A DNA stretch of 5,295 nt from Andalucia godoyi And28 (Eukaryota; Protista; Jakobida). Of the stretch, positions 1 through 5,295 are shown piece after piece. Position 1 is the stretch's first letter. Each line of letters opens with the position of its first letter. Where the stretch lies: the NCBI GenBank assembly GCA_009859145.1, contig VRVR01000037.1, positions 249,141 to 254,435 of the forward strand, written 5' to 3'. The notes under the pieces were generated by a model, which saw nothing but the letters and a program-made list of their open reading frames with translations, was not told the DNA's origin and made no database searches. The translations under genes were made by a program, and so were the position numbers.

Positions 1-57
1 TGTGGTCCACTTGATCGCCGGGTTGTAGGTGACGGAATCGTGGTATTCGCCGTGTAG
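1..57 (+). CDS. Possible 3' end of a convergent gene entering from the left edge (...CGPLDRRVVGDGIVVFAV*)
   Basis: Frame 1 is open from base 1 to TAG 55-57. GC falls from 33/60 in bases 1-60 to 17/60 in bases 61-120, close to this stop. The segment is too short to fix frame or strand. Confidence 0.25.
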   Translation, partial: CGPLDRRVVGDGIVVFAV

Positions 58-266
58 CAAGTGTGTAAATTATTGGTACGATTATTTACAACAACATCCC
101 TATGAAAATAGATTTTTGACTCAACGATGACGTTTTTCAGAAAAATTTCCAGTGCAACAGAATGACCCAAAATACGCCGTGTCAACCATATGAAAACTTT
201 CATGCAAGACAATGAATACAATTGTCCGTTTACCAGAATGGTGATGAGAACATCTCTTGATTATGA

Positions 267-3200
267 TTAAGAAGTGCCGTCCAGAATTCGCCCAGAATTC
301 GCCCACTTGTCAATCATAACAATAAGATCTTTCTTACTGACGGGCTTGAGCAAGCAGTCGGAAAACATTGTCTTCTGCAAAAACGATTCCACTCCGCCTT
401 TGGAGCGTGAACCAACATCTTGCGCTTCCACGTCAGGGATGCAGTTTGCAGTACAACCTATAATGGGTAGATTCGTAAATCCTGCGCTCCTTAATTCTCT
501 GCATGCTTCGACACCGTTCATGACTGGCATGATCATGTCCATGAGCACGGCGTCGAACATCCGCGTTCTACAAGAATCGTTCGCCGTTTTTGTTCTCTCA
601 ACTTGCAGAGCTCTCTGCAAAACTGCATCAACCCCTTCTTTTCCGTCGACTGCACTCTGAACCTTGAATCCTGCTTTTTGGAGAAGCATACTCATGACGT
701 TTCGAACAACGGCATCATCGTCAACAATCAGGATTTCACGTCCTTCATTGTCAAAGTCTGTGCTCAAAGAAAGCTCGGAAGAAGAAGTATAAGAATGACA
801 AACACTTGAAGACGCGACAATAGGCTTTTCCAAGCATTTCGAGGTCGACTGGGAGGCCTCGGTGGGGGTCACGAGGCAGCTCCAAAGTACGTCGAAGGCG
901 ACTTCAACTCTCGTTGGCTTTCGCAAGAACCTCGGGGGCACAAACTGCATTTGGCATATCGAAGCCAGAAGCTCCAGAAGCGTTTGTGTTCTTGGAGCAT
1001 ACAATACCTCATCTTCATATGCGCGAGAGGTCAAAATGGGGAACACAGCTGGATGGCAGGAGTCAGAGGAAGAACTGAACGGCGGCCTCTGTTCTTGCAA
1101 TCCCGCACTTAGGGAAACCAGCCCTTCGTCGTCATCCATGTCAACGAACAAGAGGATCTTCGACTTGTTGGAAGCTGAGCCACGGAAACTTGACACGACC
1201 ACCGGCATCTCGTGAAGAGAAGCACACGGTAAAATATCTGAGCGCCAAAGATGGGGCGATGCAGTTGAAACTTCGTTGTGCATCATCTCCAGCATGGCCT
1301 GGATTCCAGGGGCAATTTCAACGACACGTCCCACAACAATTACCTGCAGACTAGCCAGTTCGTGGTTTGTCGCCAGATACGAACGGACCTGATGCAATCT
1401 TGCTGCAAGCATGCTTTCGGAGTCGGGTTGGACGTGGTAAGGAATGCGAACATAAAAGGTGGACCCAGTCCCGCGGCCGCGGGAAGATGCGCCGTACTGC
1501 CCATTCATGGACTCCACCAGAGTTGAACAAATGGACAGCCCAAGTCCCGTTCCAACGTGCTGCTGAGAGAATCCAGCCGATGGAACACCAAGCTGTGAAA
1601 ATGGGCGCCACAACAAATCTGCCTCACGATCATCAAAGCCCACCCCGGTGTCAACCACCTGCAGCTCCACCATGATGATCTCAGAAGTGGAAACCTCACC
1701 AATCGATGGATTCGCACATGAACGATGCACAAGCCCCGTTTCCAAAGAAGAGTTGTCCGAATTTTTGATTCCTCGAATACTGAGTCCAAGTCGAATCGAT
1801 CCATAAACAGGTGTGAACTTCACTGCATTCGAAAGAAGGTTCAAAATGACTTGCTTCGTTCTTCTCGAGTCGCCGATCACCAGAAACTGTAACTTCGGAT
1901 CGCACATGATGGACAGTTCAATCTTTTTAGAAGTAAGTTGGAGCGTCATCAAATCAACACATTCCTCCAAAGCCAACAACATGTCAAATGGTCGCTGTTC
2001 CAGAACGAACTTTCCCGCCTCGATTCGACTCGAATCTAGCACATCGGCAATGAGTAACAGAAGAAAGTCCGTGGCAGATGCAATGTAACCGACACATTCT
2101 CGCTGGTATCGAGACAGGGACTTTTCCTCTTTCAGGATTTGCGACATGGACAATATTCCTTGAATTGGATTTCGCAGCTCATGTGACAAAGTGTGCACAA
2201 TCATTGACTTCATCCTGTTTGCAGCCTCAGACTTGAGGGCTTGGACCTCAGCTGTCTGGCGGCGATTCGCTTCGGAGACATCTCGGAACACAACAATACA
2301 CAACGGAGATTCCGTCATCGGATCAAATGTCTTCGACAGATTCATGCAAAACTGGAGGCCAGGATGCTCCTTCATAGTGACTACCTTGTTTTGCTCTTCA
2401 ATCTTTGCGACTGTTTCAACAAACAATCGAATGCCATTGACTGATTCCGCCAGTTGAGCAAACTGATCGAGCTTCTTGAACACATCGGCAATCCATCGAA
2501 CATCCTGCAGCTGTTCCACAGAATCGGCATCTCCATTTTCTAAGGTTGGAGGTTCTGTAGAAATATCAAACAGCTGTTCTGCAATTGAGTTTGTTTCTAC
2601 AATAATGCCACTATCTTCTCGGAACACAACCATCGGCTCCTTCACGGACCTCCAGATGTACCGAAGCTGCTGCTCGGATTGGAACAACCGCTTTTCAACG
2701 AACATTCGATCCAGCGCATTCACGACGATCTCCGCAACGGAGATCATAAATGTTGAAAAGTCTCCTAATGGTCGATGATCTGAGTGGAACAGTACTCCCA
2801 AGAAGAGTTGCCTTCCGCTTCTCTTTGCCAACCGGACCATTTTCAGTTCATGATTTGCTGCGATGTCTTCTTCCAAGACCCCTAAATCAATGTTTTGAAT
2901 AAGGTGGCTGATTTCAGCTTGACGAATTCCGTAAGCGACATCGATTTCCGGCAGATTCTCACACGAAAAGTCGGTGAGAAAATGAATTTGATCTCGGGAT
3001 AAACGGAGGCTGTTGCGTCTTGATATCATTGTCGGTAATCTTTGCGTCGTCTCGATGGGATAGCTTTCGACACAAATATCGAATCCAGCGATCAGGAAAA
3101 CACAGCGGATTGGATTAAAAAGATCATCTGAGGAGCTTCGAGGATGGGGCAGGAATCTTCGAAGATCCTCGGGAAACAATGATGAACCAAAGAGATGCAA

Positions 3201-4271
3201 AGCCTCCTCCATCAACGCCAGTTTATCCGTCTCAAGAATGGCAATATTTCCCAGCTGGGCCAAAGTCTCAAGCTGGCTGTATCTCGCACGGAGCTCAGTG
3301 CGATCATTGTACAGAAGCCGATCTGTTGACAAGCGTGCCGTCTGCAAAAGTAAGCTTCCACACACTTCGTGCCATTCTTCGATCAACGGTCGCAACAAGT
3401 ATGTGACGAAGGTGGTGGCGGGTTCCAATTTCGCCATTCGAGATCGATCATAGACGTACGAAACGATAGCAATCACATCACCAGTTGCATCTTCGAAGCA
3501 CGGATAAGCACAGACAGTTCTGTTTGAGCCGGAGATGCGGCCTTCACAACCCCCCTCGTTAGACAAGCATTGTTGCAACACAGTATCCACTTGCTTCAAT
3601 TCTGTACTTGAGGACAGAAAGTCGCCCGAAAAGTCATATTGGAAACTGTGATACGATTCAAGCGGCAAGAGTGTCACTGAAACGCCTGCAATTTCCGAGT
3701 CCATAAGAAAAGCTTTCGTGAGTCCGCTGCAGAGCTCATCAAAATATACAATATCAGACTCGTCGAATACGACACGCGACCTCGAATCCATGGAAGTGGA
3801 AGACGTAGTAGAAATGAGGATACTTTCAAATCGTCGCGAAAGATTGAGCCAAAACACGGACTCGTACACCAGGGGAAGAAGAGTTCTGTAAAGAATCCAC
3901 ACAGCCGAGTCTCGAAAAAAGAAGAAAATGACAGAAGAACTGGAAAAATCAACAAAAGCAGACATCTTCTCCACGAAAAAGGTTCCATGAGGAACAGAGA
4001 ACGACGCTGACAAGGAATCCGAAATGTCAACCATCAGTACCGCAGAGTCAGTTTTGCGTTCTTCCACACACTTTGTAATATGCTGAGCAACGTCCGGGTT
4101 CGGCAACGGGGTTCCAGAAGGCTCCAACAGCCGCAGCCATTTCCTCTTCTTGAGCCGATGTTTTGGCAGCCCCGTTTCCGTGCAGAAGGCATCGGAAACA
4201 GAAATACAGTCCAGCGACGGCCATTTGCAAAAAAGAGATGCAACGGGCAACCGCGAAACAAGTAACTTCAT
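267..4271 (-). CDS. Hybrid sensor histidine kinase (PAS/GAF input, HisKA, HATPase_c, atypical receiver, receiver), 1334 aa, probably eukaryotic type
   Basis: Open from ATG 4271 to TAA 269-267. All core motifs are present in order: H-box LSHELRNP (His697, nt 2181-2183), N-box QVILNLLSNAVKFT, G1 VVDTGVG, F-box LWRPFSQ, G2 GTGLGLSIC, then GTGSTFYVRIP. The C-terminal receiver has ILIVDD, FDAVLMDMIMPVMNG (Asp1245, nt 537-539), IIGCTAN and LLKP. The true start is less certain because the ATG context (tttATGa) is weak for a eukaryote. Confidence 0.93.
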   Translation of the reverse strand: MKLLVSRLPVASLFCKWPSLDCISVSDAFCTETGLPKHRLKKRKWLRLLEPSGTPLPNPDVAQHITKCVEERKTDSAVLMVDISDSLSASFSVPHGTFFVEKMSAFVDFSSSSVIFFFFRDSAVWILYRTLLPLVYESVFWLNLSRRFESILISTTSSTSMDSRSRVVFDESDIVYFDELCSGLTKAFLMDSEIAGVSVTLLPLESYHSFQYDFSGDFLSSSTELKQVDTVLQQCLSNEGGCEGRISGSNRTVCAYPCFEDATGDVIAIVSYVYDRSRMAKLEPATTFVTYLLRPLIEEWHEVCGSLLLQTARLSTDRLLYNDRTELRARYSQLETLAQLGNIAILETDKLALMEEALHLFGSSLFPEDLRRFLPHPRSSSDDLFNPIRCVFLIAGFDICVESYPIETTQRLPTMISRRNSLRLSRDQIHFLTDFSCENLPEIDVAYGIRQAEISHLIQNIDLGVLEEDIAANHELKMVRLAKRSGRQLFLGVLFHSDHRPLGDFSTFMISVAEIVVNALDRMFVEKRLFQSEQQLRYIWRSVKEPMVVFREDSGIIVETNSIAEQLFDISTEPPTLENGDADSVEQLQDVRWIADVFKKLDQFAQLAESVNGIRLFVETVAKIEEQNKVVTMKEHPGLQFCMNLSKTFDPMTESPLCIVVFRDVSEANRRQTAEVQALKSEAANRMKSMIVHTLSHELRNPIQGILSMSQILKEEKSLSRYQRECVGYIASATDFLLLLIADVLDSSRIEAGKFVLEQRPFDMLLALEECVDLMTLQLTSKKIELSIMCDPKLQFLVIGDSRRTKQVILNLLSNAVKFTPVYGSIRLGLSIRGIKNSDNSSLETGLVHRSCANPSIGEVSTSEIIMVELQVVDTGVGFDDREADLLWRPFSQLGVPSAGFSQQHVGTGLGLSICSTLVESMNGQYGASSRGRGTGSTFYVRIPYHVQPDSESMLAARLHQVRSYLATNHELASLQVIVVGRVVEIAPGIQAMLEMMHNEVSTASPHLWRSDILPCASLHEMPVVVSSFRGSASNKSKILLFVDMDDDEGLVSLSAGLQEQRPPFSSSSDSCHPAVFPILTSRAYEDEVLYAPRTQTLLELLASICQMQFVPPRFLRKPTRVEVAFDVLWSCLVTPTEASQSTSKCLEKPIVASSSVCHSYTSSSELSLSTDFDNEGREILIVDDDAVVRNVMSMLLQKAGFKVQSAVDGKEGVDAVLQRALQVERTKTANDSCRTRMFDAVLMDMIMPVMNGVEACRELRSAGFTNLPIIGCTANCIPDVEAQDVGSRSKGGVESFLQKTMFSDCLLKPVSKKDLIVMIDKWANSGRILDGTS
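297..740 (-). other. Canonical receiver (REC) domain (about aa 1178-1325)
   Basis: All conserved positions are present: REILIVDDD, phosphoacceptor LMD1245-M-I-MPVMNG, Thr1274 in IIGCTAN, and Lys1309-Pro (codon AAG at 347-345). Confidence 0.92.
873..1349 (-). other. Atypical (pseudo-)receiver domain (about aa 975-1133)
   Basis: Receiver-like elements occur in the right order: LQVIVVGR (beta1), KILLFVDMD (beta3, Asp1044 at nt 1140-1142), FPILTS (beta4) and FLRKP (beta5, Lys1118). The beta1 acidic pair is replaced by Gly-Arg. Confidence 0.65.
1434..1874 (-). other. HATPase_c catalytic domain (about aa 800-946)
   Basis: GDSRRTKQVILNLLSNAVKFT, DTGVG, RPFSQ, GTGLGLSIC, MNG and GSTFYVRIP are all present. 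About 30 extra residues lie between the N-box and G1. Confidence 0.92.
2016..2222 (-). other. HisKA dimerisation/phosphoacceptor domain (about aa 684-752)
   Basis: EAANRMKS...SHELRNPIQGILSMSQIL...LLLLIADVLDSSRIEAG matches the hybrid-kinase HisKA pattern. The His codon reads CAT at 2183-2181. Confidence 0.92.
2274..2678 (-). other. PAS domain preceding the kinase core (about aa 532-666)
   Basis: SEQQLRYIWRSVKEPMVVFREDSGIIVETNSIAEQLF is a typical PAS start. The domain ends in IVVFRDVSE, a RDIT-like motif, directly before the helix leading into HisKA. Confidence 0.7.
2697..3284 (-). other. Divergent GAF-like domain 2 (about aa 330-525)
   Basis: The entry helices YSQLETLAQLGNIAILETDKLALMEEALHLF and the exit helix FSTFMISVAEIVVNALDR match typical GAF flanking helices. 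The exit runs straight into the linker EKRLFQSEQQLRYI. The core strands are poorly recognisable. Confidence 0.5.
3357..3764 (-). other. Divergent GAF-like domain 1 (about aa 170-305)
   Basis: VCAYPCFEDATGDVIAIVSYV resembles the GAF hairpin (hhxhP...G-x-h-h-G/A-h-h) and is followed by a helical segment (TFVTYLLRPLIEEW). Boundaries are approximate. Confidence 0.4.
3906..4259 (-). other. N-terminal PAS-like domain (about aa 5-122)
   Basis: ISVSDAFCTETGLPKHRLKKRKWLRLLEP resembles the PAS N-terminal pattern (N/S-x-A-F-x3-T-G...W-x2-LL-x-P). VIFFFFRDS resembles the terminal PAS strand ending in RD. By-eye pattern match only. Confidence 0.5.
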
Positions 4272-4666
4272 AAAATTCCGAAGAGATGAGTTTCAGTGGG
4301 GGCCAGAACAAGACGGAAAACAAAAGAATTTGGCCAAAACGTCTTGGTCAACAATTTTTCGTTTGTGGACGTGGCTTGTGGAAAATGCTTGAAGCTTCCG
4401 CGTCGGCCAATAGTGGAAGAATTTCTATTCACCGTTGGCAGACAAACACCGGCTTCTATCGCTGGTAATTCATGTAGAAAACAGCCCGTTTTGGACAGAT
4501 TACTCCGATCAGCGTGAAGCAGAGTGGTGTTTTTCCATTCCGATTTTTCAAGTGTCTCAGCACTGGTACCCGCAACTGGAGCGATGAAAAATTCGCATCG
4601 GAGCTGCAAATTCAGAAAGTGGACGTTTCTGCTGTTTGGCCCAAGAGGCCTCTGCTGCGACGACAT
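4268..4666 (-). CDS. Questionable 132-aa upstream ORF whose TGA overlaps the kinase ATG (ATGA); may be a uORF, partly a first exon, or chance
   Basis: ATG is at 4666-4664, with an in-frame TGA immediately upstream. The ORF's TGA at 4270-4268 overlaps the kinase ATG at 4271-4269. The translation has no recognisable motif. Confidence 0.2.
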   Translation of the reverse strand: MSSQQRPLGPNSRNVHFLNLQLRCEFFIAPVAGTSAETLEKSEWKNTTLLHADRSNLSKTGCFLHELPAIEAGVCLPTVNRNSSTIGRRGSFKHFPQATSTNEKLLTKTFWPNSFVFRLVLAPTETHLFGIL

Positions 4667-5030
4667 TCAAGCATGTCATGCCGGACAACAAAGAAAGTGC
4701 GCGTTTTGAAGGAGCAGATGAGGTACTGCTGCTTTCTCGACAAAGATCCGAAACGAGGGGCACTGCATTGCTTGTGGCTTGCACGACCCTTCTTCATCAG
4801 CTTGCAGTAGTCAAACAGAATCACCCGGGGTTGCACTATCGCGAACAGACAATCGCACTTCGGCAAAGATATTCTCATGCTGTGGCCAAGAAGAGGTCTG
4901 CTGCCCGCATCAACTGACCTGCGATTGTTTTTGGAGAAGCTATGGATGAAGCGGTCTTCCAGAACCCTGAAGTCCGTTGTTTCGTCGCGCAGCCAACGCC
5001 GCAATCTTTCCCGTGTTGGTTGCCTTGTGC

Positions 5031-5295
5031 ATGCCTCCGCACTTGAATCCCCAGAAAAGAGTATTCGGTGGGATGCAGTATGTTTTCCCAGAGACAGTAT
5101 TGTGCTGTTTTACTTCACACGAAGACCGTACTTTCCTTTATTTCGACGGTGAGTTTCTTCTTTGCGCGTCATCTGCAGCGCACAACAAAAGGAGAAAAAT
5201 GGAACAAAGGCATACCGCGGGGACCGATTATGTGCATGTCTATGAAGAACTGAACAAAATGCGCTTCCTCTACGAAGACGACGACTCTTTTATCC
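5031..5295 (+). CDS. Partial hypothetical protein, 5' part of a divergently oriented gene running off the window; start uncertain (ATG 5031, 5073 or 5199)
   Basis: This frame has no stop from 4971 to the window end (108 codons). Translation from 5031: MPPHLNPQKRVFGGMQYVFPETVLCCFTSHEDRTFLYFD[GEFLLCASSA]AHNKRRKMEQRHTAGTDYVHVYEELNKMRFLYEDDDSFI. The bracket marks roughly the intron candidate. ATG 5199 has a strong eukaryotic context (aaaATGg). Confidence 0.5.
   Translation, partial: MPPHLNPQKRVFGGMQYVFPETVLCCFTSHEDRTFLYFDGEFLLCASSAAHNKRRKMEQRHTAGTDYVHVYEELNKMRFLYEDDDSFI
5149..5178 (+). other. Putative 30-nt spliceosomal intron
   Basis: GTGAGTTTCTTCTTTGCGCGTCATCTGCAG has a consensus GTGAGT donor, a pyrimidine-rich interior and a TGCAG acceptor. 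Its length is a multiple of 3 and removal keeps the 4971..5295 frame. Confidence 0.5.

Noticed and set aside
1-60. Minus-strand reading LLHGEYHDSVTYNPAIKWTT with high GC at third positions
   Set aside because: There is an in-frame TAA just upstream with no ATG or AG acceptor in between. The third-position bias can be the mirror of G-rich first positions in plus frame 1.
1-306. Minus-strand ORFs 121..306 (61 aa) and 203 to the left edge (MKVFIWLTRR...)
   Set aside because: Both are short and motif-free and lie mostly in AT-rich sequence overlapping the kinase 3' end and presumed 3' UTR.
274-2778. Plus-strand ORFs inside the kinase (274..660, 862..1215, 1813..2088, 2191..2457, 2476..2778 and shorter ones)
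   Set aside because: The five named ORFs are in exact antisense codon register with the kinase. All have Ser/Thr/Asn-rich translations with no motifs, typical of shadow ORFs.
3934-3957. Possible 24-nt in-frame intron on the minus strand (GTCTGCTTTTGTTGATTTTTCCAG, coordinates approximate)
   Set aside because: The donor is weak, the frame is open without splicing, and the encoded residues fit the PAS beta-hairpin before VIFFFFRD. RNA-seq would be needed to exclude it fully.
3843-3990. Transmembrane or ethylene-receptor input region suggested by hydrophobic aa 95-143
   Set aside because: The stretch is interrupted by charged residues (E, K, D, R) and lacks three clear helices or a Cys-x3-His copper site. 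It is better explained as the last PAS strands plus a helix.
2697-4259. Phytochrome or cyanobacteriochrome identity, prompted by domain order and HPRSS at aa 376-380
   Set aside because: There is no DIP motif and no CH chromophore motif in a GAF. HPRSS lacks the SF of PRxSF and lies at the start of the second GAF-like domain rather than in a C-terminal tongue.
3674-4323. Alternative-frame minus-strand ORFs 3674..4030, 4034..4261 and 4048..4323
   Set aside because: They overlap the kinase on the same strand in other frames and have Phe/Leu/Cys/Arg-rich off-frame composition with no motifs.
4272-4400. Bacterial promoter, Shine-Dalgarno site or operon with ATGA translational coupling
   Set aside because: No AGGAGG-like motif precedes ATG 4271 (context CTTCGGAATTTT-ATG), there is no clear -10/-35 pair, and other evidence points to a eukaryote.
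1-5295. Alternative genetic code (TAG or TGA reassignment), prompted by single stops at 26-28, 4808-4810 and 4915-4917 that split plausible frames
   Set aside because: The 1334-codon kinase has no internal stop codon of any kind, which is unlikely if one were a common sense codon. The read-through products also show no recognisable homology.
1-5295. CRISPR array, tRNA or rRNA gene, transposon ends, tandem repeats
   Set aside because: No regularly spaced repeats, cloverleaf, rRNA-like motif, long terminal inverted repeat or transposase/integrase motif was seen by eye.

Overview
The window is dominated by one uninterrupted minus-strand ORF (267..4271, 1334 aa) encoding a hybrid sensor histidine kinase. 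Motifs read by eye give the architecture PAS-like / GAF-like / GAF-like / PAS / HisKA (His697) / HATPase_c / atypical receiver / canonical receiver (Asp1245). The source is probably a unicellular eukaryote with a compact genome. This is an inference from the Ser-rich linkers, loop insertions, tandem receivers, lack of a Shine-Dalgarno motif, and a 30-nt GTGAGT...TGCAG intron candidate at 5149..5178. A divergent plus-strand gene, missing from the ORF track because it runs off the right edge, probably starts between 5031 and 5199. The stretch 4272..5030 is unresolved; it holds a 132-codon minus-strand ORF whose stop overlaps the kinase ATG (ATGA). The left edge (1..130) may be the end of a convergent gene, and one frame there shows a speculative AID/APOBEC-like PCxxC pattern. 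I saw no rRNA, tRNA, CRISPR array, transposase or long repeat, and no clear new multi-gene system. All family comparisons are by eye from remembered sequences, not database searches.
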